Position numbers and translations under genes: made by a program | The notes under the pieces: generated by a model | What the model was told of the DNA's origin: nothing | Seen by the model: only the letters and a program-made list of their open reading frames with translations | Database searches by the model: none | Shown here: in pieces, positions 8,827 to 18,390 of the stretch | Position numbering within the stretch: position 1 is the first letter of the stretch | How the letters are laid out: every line of letters starts with the position of its first letter | Assembly: GCF_001194135.2 (NCBI RefSeq) | Contig: NC_068985.1 | Location: 112,132,476-112,164,482, forward strand | DNA from: Octopus bimaculoides | Taxonomy: Eukaryota | DNA: 32,007 bases | Direction: 5' to 3'

Positions 8827-10344
8827 ATGGCGTCAGCAAGTAGCGATTCCAACTTTGAAGGATTTACGATTGATAATATTGAAAATATAAACGAAAACAA
8901 AAGTATTCTGTCTTCGGATGAATCTGATATCGATATCTGATTATTCGTCGGACAAGGAAGATTTTAATAACGGAAATGATGAAAATGATATCGTAAACAT
9001 GACAACATGGTCAAAAATCACAACACCAAACACTATTTATGATTTTACAGATAACACTGGTGCACAACATAATTTACCTCCTGATGCTTTACACAGGTAA
9101 AGTTTTTTCTGAAAATGTTGAGGAGGAAACAAACAAATATGCGCAACATTTAATTTCTGTTCGTGGAAGATACGATCCACTATGGCAGCCAACTAATACT
9201 GCGGAAATGAAAGCGTTTTATACAATTAATATTATGTTTGGTGCTAAACAGCTTCATGAACTTTTGGAGTCCCGATGTAAGGTATGGCGATCCATATATT
9301 TCGAGTATAATGTCCAAGACAAGGTATTCGAAAATATCTCAGTATTTGCATTTGACTGATTCTGCTAATGCCCCCGACAAAAGCGACCCAAACTACGATC
9401 CCCTGTACATTATACATCCTGTAATCGATTTACTTGTAAATAATTATAGAACTGTGTATCTACCTGGGAAAAATCTGTGTTGATGAGGCCATGATAGACT
9501 ATAAGGGCAGAGTACATTTTCGGCAGTACATGCCTGCCAAACCTACTAAATGGAGGATCAGGGTATGAGAAGTTTGTGAATTGGAGACTTTGATGTTTAC
9601 ACAGGTAATAAATATAATGGGAAAAGACTGCATGGATTGGGGCATGATGTTGTATGGTCTCTTACACAACCATTTCACCATCAGCACCAACACCTCTATT
9701 TTGACCGTTTTTTTTCTTCAGTGGCTTTGGCAGAAAATCTTGCTCGTGTAAGTATTTACATGTGCAGTACTGTTATGGGAAACCATACAGGTTTATCTCC
9801 CATGAAATAAAGTTTTTAAAAAAAGGAGACATTTTACAAATGTAAAAAGAAAATTTATTGGTTACTGCTTTTAAAGATAAGACAGATTTTATTTCTGTCT
9901 TCTAATGAATATATGGGTGGGGTTGATAAATCCAACCAATATCGGGCATATTACTCAGTTGGTCGACCTGGAAAGAAATGGTGGCGGTACATTTTGTGGT
10001 TTTTAGTTAATTTTACTTTGGTAAATTCATATTGTATATGTAAAAAGCCACAAAGTACCTCCACCACCAAAAGACTGAAATTTCGGGTTGACATCGCATC
10101 TTAGTTATGTGAGGGCTTTTCTTCTAGAAAGCACAGAACTGGGAGAAAAGCAAAATTAACTGAGGTGGTGTCAACAGAGAAAATATTGACTTCCATCAAG
10201 TCGAAAAAATAAATGGAAGAAAGAAAAGTTTGTAGACTGTTCGCTGCGAAAGGATATCAGGTTGAGACTTCATATATTTGTTAGTTTTGCAAAGTGCCCT
10301 TGTGTAAAAGGTGCTTTGGACAGTTTCATGGCATAAGTGTATAA
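8827..10344 (+). pseudogene. Decayed piggyBac (PGBD4-like) transposase in RPL18 intron 4
   Basis: MASASSDSNFEGF start, WQPTNTAEMKAF, DPLY..HPVIDLL, VDEAMIDYKGR..QYMPAKPTKW, LYFDRFFSSV, MGGVDKSNQ..YY...KKWW, and a Cys-rich tail. Many frameshifts and stops plus an internal deletion; termini not found. Confidence 0.9.
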
Positions 10345-11199
10345 TTTTTTATATTCCTTTTCATTTTATTATATAATATGTGAAGTGAGAACTACATATT
10401 AATTTTCAGTATGTTACACACCTGTATTCACCTTTGTCTCATCTGTTAATGAGATTTTTTTTATTAGATGCATTCTGTTACGTAAATGAATTTGTTAAAT
10501 TGTATAAGAGTGCATAGCCAATGCTATATTGACTAGTAAAAGAGTTTTGTACTTTATTTTCAATGATAACGTTTGAATGAAATATAGAAAAGAGTAAAAT
10601 CTATCGATTACACCTGTATTTTAATTAATTCAAATTAATGTACCTCATCTTGAAAAATGTAAAATTGTTGGCAGTTGACACCTGGGATAGTTTTGGCAGC
10701 AAACCAAACAGGTATATTGTATTAAGAATCTGAATTTTAGTGTTTATTTATAATGTTATTGTTTTTACATCTGTTAATTAAATTTACCTGCCCATAAAAG
10801 TCAAATTTAGTCAGAAAGATCAGCTAAAATTACGTAATAAGTACCCATTTACAAAGTTTCAAAGCTGTGTGTAGAAAATTAACAAAGTTACAAGCAAATA
10901 CTATGGACACTCCACTTGAACCTGAATAAATCAAAATTAATGTGAACAGATAAGCATTACATTTGACAGATTAATCTGAACACTAAAGGGTTAAACTAGC
11001 CAGATCCAGCCTCTCACACCTGTCCTACAATGTCTTAAAAATAAGCAGTCACCATTATGAAAGTCTCAAAGCTACAAGATAATCTCTGATTAATTCAAAA
11101 CAATGCAAATAAATAGGGATAACAGGACAGAATAATCTGAATGCTAAAGGGTTGATATCCACTTTTTCATGCTTGTAAGGGTTGGGTGGCACATGCACA

Positions 11200-11700
11200 C
11201 CCTCTTTGCTCAGTTTCTGTCTACCAAGCTCACTCAGGAGGCTTTGCTTCGCTCTGGGCCATAGTCAAGATGGTGCATCAGTGGACTGAACCCAAGACCA
11301 CACGGTTGGTAGACAAACTACTTCAACCCCACTGCCATGCTTGCTTCACTTTAAAACCTTGTTCTGATACATATATAAAGGGGTCATGGGTAAAAACCGC
11401 CTTCAATAATGAATGACCATGGGATTGCACTTCGAATGTTATTTTCCGAGGCAAATGTCTGGGCATGGTTGTTTATGGAAGACCAGCCTTTTCTCTCCGT
11501 GACAGTGGTGTTATCCAAGGGAGAAGCAAAGTTCGGTAAAGCTTGGCACCAGTGATGTTGCAACTCGTTTCTGCAGCTGAGTGAACTGGAGCAATGTGAA
11601 ATAAAAGGACTTGCTCAAGAACATAATGCACAGTCCAGTCTGGGAATTGAACTCACTATCTCCTGATTGTGAGCCCAGTGCTCTGTCCACCGAGCCATGC
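11200..11700 (-). mobile_element. SINE fragments on the minus strand
   Basis: Reverse complements of the SINE families at 7181 (ending CCGAGCCATGC) and 7389. Confidence 0.7.
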
Positions 11701-11733
11701 ATATATATACATGTGTGTGTACATATATATATA

Positions 11734-11799
<66 letters not shown>
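11700..11799. repeat. (TA)n(CA)n compound microsatellite
   Basis: Seen directly; ends about 12 nt upstream of family B copy 2. Confidence 0.95.
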
Positions 11800-11800
<1 letters not shown>

Positions 11801-11811
11801 CAGATATAAAC

Positions 11812-11884
11812 TGACCACTATGATGAAAACCTCTTCCACGACTGATTGTTTGTGATCGTATCTAGCCAATCCACTGAGTGGTCA
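11812..11884 (+). ncRNA. C/D box snoRNA candidate, family B copy 2 (divergent D' guide)
   Basis: Stem TGACCACT/AGTGGTCA, C 11820-11826, D' 11842-11845, D 11874-11877; D guide identical to the other copies. Confidence 0.85.
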
Positions 11885-12475
11885 CGTTTATATGCATAAG
11901 AGTTATTTTTTATTTCTAGGAAGATTGTACATCTTTATTTTGATATAGTGCAGAGATGGTCATTATATTTGTTCAGTTTTGCTATTAGTCATTAAATTAT
12001 ATTTGAGATTTCCCCTGCCTCTTTTGTTAGATTTTGCATCTTCTTTTTTTCATGCTGGCATGGATTATATGAATTTTGTTGGGGCGGATTTTTGACTGCC
12101 AAAAGAATTGGTGAGACTTAGCTACAGCAGTTACCAACAGTACTAGGTTTGCTGTTTCACAGTAATTTACTCAAAGGAATTTTTAGTCCCTTATTTCTAT
12201 TGTTTTTGGCGGGTGTTTTGATATTTAGGACATGACGTTCTTCTACAAATGCTACAAACATTACATAGTACAAGGGCCAAATGTTATTTATTCACTTGTG
12301 CATTATGTGATCAATCTAAATGGAATCTAGCCACCATCTGTATGACTTTGGTTTACAGTAATGAGTATAATATTAATTCCTTGACCACCTGCAAGATTTA
12401 AGCCATTCTCACCTTAGCCCCTTTGCCAGAGTTGTTACTCGTTCCCCTTTATTCACTTCAACTAACTGATCTGAC

Positions 12476-12550
12476 TGACCACTATGATGAAAACTCCTTC
12501 CGTGGCTCTGATTGTTTGTGATTGCTTCTAGCCAATCCACTGAGTGGTTA
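12476..12550 (+). ncRNA. C/D box snoRNA candidate, family B copy 3
   Basis: C 12484-12490, D' 12508-12511, D 12540-12543, stem ACCAC/GTGGT. Confidence 0.85.
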
Positions 12551-12572
12551 AAAAGTTGAATGAATTTTTTAA

Positions 12573-12652
12573 GGCAGATTTTTTGATGGCCTGGTGGCTT
12601 TATCTAGGAGCACAGGGTTATTTGTACCAGGGCCAAGTAACTGCCAACAGTT
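12573..12652 (+). ncRNA. H/ACA-like 3' hairpin module (family H3)
   Basis: Lower stem GGCAG/CTGCC, upper stem CCTGGT/ACCAGG, ACA 12647-12649 at 15 nt from the upper stem; no 5' hairpin visible. Confidence 0.3.
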
Positions 12653-13201
12653 TTTATAATTGAATCTTCCGTCCAAATTATAATATGCCATTTTTTGTTT
12701 GCTCAAAGGAACGGCTGGCTTGGGGAGCAGTTTTGTCAATGAGGTAATTTAGGTATCTTGATGTACTCAAATTACTGGCAGAGAAGATAGTCAATACTCT
12801 TTATGTGCAATGTATGGATATGTCAGAAATTATCTAAGGCATCTTTGATATTTATATACTGCAGATCTAATAGATATATTCAAAAGGAATTTTCAATCCC
12901 TTGTTCCAAGTATTTTTCGACAGGATCTTGACAAATTTTTCTTTCTACAAACTACATAATCATGTTGAAAAAGGTACTTCAATTCAACCGGGATATTGTA
13001 ACAAGAGGGGTCAATTATACTCATTTGTGCATTATATGCTCCTCAATCTAAATGCAATTTATCCGTGTGACTTTGGTTTACAGTAATGAGTATAATATTA
13101 ATTCCTTGACCATCTGCAAGATTTAAGCCATTCTCACCTTAGCCCCTTTGCCAGAGTTGTTACTCACTCCCCCTTTATTCACTTCAACTAACTGATCTGA
13201 C

Positions 13202-13276
13202 TGACCACTATGATGAAAACTCCTTCCGTGGCTCTGATTGCTTGTGATTGTTTCTAGCCAATCCACTGAGTGGTTA
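13202..13276 (+). ncRNA. C/D box snoRNA candidate, family B copy 4
   Basis: C 13210-13216, D 13266-13269, same guides and stem. Confidence 0.85.
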
Positions 13277-13848
13277 AGTTTATGTACACAAGGTATGAAA
13301 ATATTTTATACCTGTTTAGTTATTGTTAGTCAGTAAAATGTATCTGGGATTTCTATCTCTTTTGTAATGTTTGTTAAGTCTAATGTGTTAATATGAATTT
13401 TTTGACAGCCTGATGGCTTTATCCAAGACATAGTATATCTAGGAGCACAGGGTTATTTGTATGAAGTCAAGTAACTGCCAAGGGTTTTTATAATTGAACA
13501 TTCCATCGGTCTATGTTATGATGTGCTATTTTTTGTTTAATCCCTTGTTCCAATTATTTTTGCACGGGATCTTCACAAACTTTTCTACTTTCTACCAACT
13601 TTTCATAACCATGCTGAAAAAGGTACTTTAATTCAACCGGGATATTGTAACAAAGGGGTCAGATATACTCATTTGTGCATTGTATGCTCCTTGATCTAAA
13701 TGCAATTTATCCGTGTGACTTTGGTTTACAGTAATGAGTATAATATTAATTCCTTGACCACCTGCAAGATTTAAGCCATTCTCACCTTAGCCCCTTTGCC
13801 AGAGTTGTTACTCGTTCCCCTTTATTCACTTCAACTAACTGATCTGAC

Positions 13849-13923
13849 TGACCACTATGATGAAAACTTCTTCCGTGGCTCTGATTGTTTGTGATTGCTT
13901 CTAGCCAATCCACTGAGTGGTTA
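13849..13923 (+). ncRNA. C/D box snoRNA candidate, family B copy 5
   Basis: C 13857-13863, D 13913-13916, same guides and stem. Confidence 0.85.
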
Positions 13924-13939
13924 AAAAGTTAAATGAATT

Positions 13940-14034
13940 ATATGAATTTTTTTAGGCAGATTTTTTGATGGCCTGGTGGCTTTATCTAGGAGTACACGGT
14001 TATTTGTACCAGGGCCAAGTAACTGCCAACAGTT
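13940..14034 (+). ncRNA. H/ACA-like 3' hairpin module (family H3) with H box
   Basis: ATATGA (ANANNA) 13940-13945, same hairpin, ACA 14029-14031; no 5' hairpin. Confidence 0.3.
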
Positions 14035-14896
14035 TTTATAATTGAATCTTCCATCAGTCCAAGTTATAATATGCCATTTTTTGTTTGCTCAAAGGAAAGG
14101 CTGGCTTGGGGAGCAGTTTTGTCAATGAGGTAATTTAGGTATCTTGATGTACTCAAATTACTGGCAGAGAAGATAGTCAATACTCTTTATGTGCAATGTA
14201 TGGTCAAGTGTGTTTGCATTGGTCTTAATTTTTAGAGCAAGGAAATTCCTTTAAGTTATTTGTGCATCAGTATGGTGCAGAAATGGTTATTACATTGAGG
14301 TAATACAATATATTTAGGGCTTCTCTGGTATTTGAAGCCTGTTTATAAAAAGCAGAAGTCATAAATTTTATAATGTTGTGTATGTTCGTTAAGTTTACCG
14401 CTTCAGGTTTCATTTAATTTTGGCAACTGTTATACTTTTTATTACATTGTTTAATAGCTTCAAGATTTTGATGCTGTGATTGTTTATTTTTTTAGAATGA
14501 CATTATTGGGTCAGTATGAGGCTAAATCCAGTTGGTTTGATAAAACAGGTAGAATATTTGGTCCAGGTGTAGCCAGTTTAAATATTCGGGGTTCAGCTGG
14601 GTTAGTGAATGGTTAGCTTGTATGTGATAGCTGCACCAGCTGGACTATCACAACCCTTCAAGCTTTCTGTCAAACACCTTTTGAATTTGTAGGCTTTTTA
14701 GGCGACTGGTTTCAAACCTTTTTAGCAGGAGCAACCTCGTGTTTATAAAAATCCTGCAGTTTTTATATATGACTTCTTTTTTAATGGTGGTTTGTGACTT
14801 GTGTGGTATTTAGCTGCCACTTTCTCATTTGCAGCTGTTCAAATAAAGTTCTATGGTAATATTATCTTGTACTGAGAGCCTGCTTTGTCTTTCCAG

Positions 14897-15020
14897 ATCT
14901 GTGCTCTGAGGATGACAGACCAAGCTCGCGCTAGAGTTCTTAAGAGTGAAGGTGAGATTTTGACCTTTGACCAGTTGGCAATGATAGCACCCAAGGGCAG
15001 ACATACCTCCCTGCTACAGG
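14897..15020 (+). CDS. RPL18: RPL18 exon 5
   Basis: CTTTCCAG| and |GTAAGT; encodes [41 protein letters not shown] plus 1 nt. Confidence 0.96.
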
Positions 15021-15125
15021 GTAAGTATTTTAATATTTAGTTCTGTTCTTGTGGTGACCTAATAATAATAATAATGCAAGCGTTAGAATTGGCTCGTTAC
15101 TGTTTCGACTTATTTCTTTTTGCAG

Positions 15126-15195
15126 GATGTCGTAAAGGCCGCAAGGTTTATCGCCATTTCGGTCCGGCACCTGGTGTTCCCCACAGTCACACTAA
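15126..15195 (+). CDS. RPL18: RPL18 exon 6
   Basis: TTTTGCAG| and |GTAAGT; encodes (G)[22 protein letters not shown](K). Confidence 0.96.
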
Positions 15196-16123
15196 GTAAG
15201 TATCTTCCTGTTTTGTTTTCTTTTTACCCTGCTACCCTCTGGTGTTAGCTACCTCTTTCTGAGGTCTCCACTGAGTAATTAACATAATTTTAACTCTTGG
15301 CTGTGGCTCAAGTACAACTTAGGGACAATATGTATTAGATTAGGTAAATCTATTTCTATTATTGGAACTAAAATAAGATGCACCCGTTCCTTTGTTTTAA
15401 TGCCTACCATTCCATCCTTGCACGGTCTGGCTGGAATTTGAGGCAGCTTTTCTATGGTAGGATGCTCATCCTGATGCTAACTTCCAGTTTCTCAGTAAAT
15501 AGTTTCTCCATCCTCACTGGACATTTTTCCATGAAAGACTGCAACATCACTTTTATGCCAGTGACACCCAACCCATTTACAACTATGCTACAGTCATATG
15601 CATGTGTATATGTGTGGATATATGTACATATGCAACAGGCTTCTCTTTGTTTCTGTCCACTCCTGATGCTTAGGTTTGCTCAGGCTACCAAATGTCAGAC
15701 TGTTCACCATTTTTAAAAAATTAATTTCTCTTAGCATCAGTTTGCCTCCCAATTTCTTTGTGTGATTATGATCCAAGCACAATATTTTTGTTGTTTTGGA
15801 TGGCTTTGTAAAGGAAGCTGTGCTATTGGTGATGACATAGAGCTGCGAAGGTTATCTGAATTGATTTGTCTCAATCACCAGTTTCATTCGTTTATACCAT
15901 TCCATCTGAGATTGTTCCTAGTTCTTTGTTACAAACTTTTTGTTCTAACGTGATCTTAATTTACACCAAATAATTATTTTCAAAGTTTAGGTGCCTACCT
16001 ACACAGCAGCCATACCTGTATGTTAGGTTGATTTTGATTAAAATATAATAATGGTGATTTAATTATGTTGTTTTTATCCTTGCAGCTTTGTTTTAATCCC
16101 TTTCATCAATCTTTTTCTTTCAG

Positions 16124-16199
16124 GCCATATGTACGTTCTAAAGGCCGAAAATTTGAACGGGCTCGGGGTCGCAGGAAGAGCACAGGTTTCAAGAACTAA
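16124..16199 (+). CDS. RPL18: RPL18 exon 7 (stop TAA 16197-16199)
   Basis: CTTTTTCTTTCAG|; encodes (K)PYVRSKGRKFERARGRRKSTGFKN*, the conserved eL18 C-terminus. Confidence 0.97.
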
Positions 16200-16221
16200 T
16201 TCTGTATTGGTTTGTTTCCAA

Positions 16222-16301
16222 AGTAAAATAACTCTAAAGTATTCGGTTGCTTTTGTTTTTTATTCCCTTTTGAGGAGGGTCCACCAAAGGACAACAATAA
16301 A
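16222..16301 (+). terminator. Candidate RPL18 polyadenylation signals
   Basis: AGTAAA at 16222-16227 followed by a U/GU-rich tract; AATAAA at 16296-16301. Confidence 0.5.
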
Positions 16302-16555
16302 TGCCTTGAGGGAACTTGCACACACTTGTCTTTGTGGTCTCTATAAAATGCTTTTTTTGTTTTTTGTTTCCAGATGGCAAAATGTTAATTATCAGAGCAT
16401 TGCATAGAATGTTTAATATTTCTTCAGCATCCCTATGCTCTCTCTTGAGTTCAAATTACGTGTGTATGTTAGTGAAGGACATTATTCATTGGTGCTGTCT
16501 GTGGCAAATGAGATAGAATCAACTTTGATTCTTAGCTCACTTAAATATCCAGAAC

Positions 16556-16679
16556 ACTTTATACTAAGCTGTCTCTAAGGGTAATACAAACATCCTCTTT
16601 GAGAGTGATCTGAATTAATAGCTCTATGTTGATTTATGTTCTAAACACCAATTGATTTATACAATTTTCATTAACATAG
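16556..16679 (+). ncRNA. Family H2 copy downstream of the RPL18 stop and poly(A) signals
   Basis: Shares CATCCTCTTTGAGAGTGATCT and ATGTTGATTTATGTTC..AACACCA with 8485-8545; ends AACATAG; H box degenerate (GAATTA). Confidence 0.3.
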
Positions 16680-17748
16680 TAAATTAATTGAAATGAGCTG
16701 TATATTTCAATTGAAATATAGCAATGAAGGGCTCAATACGGTTACAGACCTATTACAAAATGTGTTTGGGTTTTGTCTAATATATTCTTGATTTGAAGCT
16801 GATTTGGCTGTTGTTTCTATTGAGTTGTCAGGATGTAATTCCAAAATTAGCTAAGAATGGTGCTTAATACTCTCTCAAGACAACCTTACTGCAGCAGCTG
16901 AACAATATGGCCTCTGTGAGACTGAAACGTGTAGTGCCTTGATGTTCTGTGGAGTACAAACACATCTTGGTGGTCCTGTCAGTTTCTATGACAGACTTTT
17001 GGCAATATGCCATGCTTGAGAAGACTCATCAGGCCAAGGAAGATCAGTCATGGAAGATGCTGGTGTCATGTAAAGGCAACCATTTGTGGAGTGGTTGGTG
17101 TTAAGGACATCCAGCCGTCGAAACCATGCCAAATCAGATTGGAGTCAAGTGCAGCCCTGGTCAAGCCAGCAGATGTTAAATGATGATTCAAACTAGCCAT
17201 ATCTGGCCTGAATATTTAACCTGTTTTATGTTGAAACTCTTAACCATTTTTTACCTTTAGTTCTTATTTAACTTAGATGGATCCTCGCAACTAAATGATG
17301 TTTAAAAAAAATGTTTTTGTAATTATTTATTAAGTTGTATTTAGAAATTGCTAAAATATTTTGTTTGTGGAAGTAAATCCAATTTATTGTACATAAATTT
17401 TAATAACAAACCTCTACATGATCCCTGGTTGAGAACCACTGATTTAGATTGCTATTTCGTATTAACCCTTTCGTTACCAAACCGCCCGTAATCACCTATT
17501 CATATTTAAATGAGAATATCTGAGCAAATCTCGTTAGTACATTCGTGAAAACACGTGATTATTTGTGTAAACAGTTCAGCTATAGTTTTGTACAACGATC
17601 AACATGTTTTTTTTAATTTTGTGAATTTTGGGAGATTTTTTTCCAAATTTATTCCTGTTGTGTTTTCAAAATTTGTAATCCTGACAAAAAAATGGATACG
17701 AATTTTATTCTGTCAAGCAGCGAGTCAGAATTCGAAGGATTTTCCGTT

Positions 17749-17814
17749 NNNNNNNNNNNNNNNNNNNNNNNNNNNNNNNNNNNNNNNNNNNNNNNNNNNN
17801 NNNNNNNNNNNNNN
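17749..17814. other. Assembly gap (N run)
   Basis: 66 N inside the piggyBac element. Confidence 1.
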
Positions 17815-18244
17815 GACTATTTCTTTTTGCTTTTTTCGATGTGCCTATTTGAATTGATTACGGCGGAAACAAACCGTTACACTAAATGTAAACAAAGCGT
17901 AAAAAAGGATAGTTTGAGGTTTCCCCATAAACTTGAATGAAATTAAAGCATATTTTGCCATAAATATTATTATGGGCATTAGAAAGTTACCTAGAATAAC
18001 AAATTACTGGAGTAGTGATGAACCCTTTGGCGACGAATATGTCTCAAGTATAATGACGAGGATACGGTTTTTAAAATTGACTCAATATCTTCATGTAAGA
18101 GACACGAGCAGTACACCAGTACGTGGAAAACCAGACTTTGATCCCTTATTTAAAATAAGACCCCTCATTGACTGTGTTCAAAGCCCATATAAAACAGTTT
18201 ATAGATAAGGATATGGTTGGCTATAAAGGCTGAGTGCGTTTTCA

Positions 18245-18390
18245 CTGAGTGGTTGGCGTTAGGAAGGGCATCCAGCTGTAGAAACTGTGCCAAATTAGAC
18301 TGGAGCCTGGTGTTGCCATCCGGTTTCACCAGTCCTCAGTCAAATCGTCCAATCCATGCTAGCATGGAAAGCGGACGTTAAACGATGATG
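18245..18390 (+). mobile_element. RTE-tail SINE/LINE 3' fragment inserted in the piggyBac transposase
   Basis: GAGTGGTTGGCGTTAGGAAGGGCATCCAGCTGTAGAAAC...GGACGTTAAACGATGATG, the same tail as 27250-27395. Related copies at about 17000-17190 (+) and 30716-30998 (-). Confidence 0.8.

Larger units (their letters stand above)
11812..14203 (+). repeat. Tandem segmental array of roughly 650-730 bp units in intron 4
   Basis: Near-identical blocks 12343-12550, 13068-13276 and 13716-13923, and a second pair 12551-12815 and 13924-14203, with more diverged homology between them. Confidence 0.9.

Noticed and set aside
12491-12507. Family B D' guide against 18S ACGGAAGG
   Set aside because: Only 7-9 bp, unpaired next to the box, and not preserved in copies 1 and 2.
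8359-13923. CRISPR-like or prokaryotic repeat array interpretation
   Set aside because: The locus is a spliceosomal intron; units are 650-730 bp apart with homologous rather than unique spacers.
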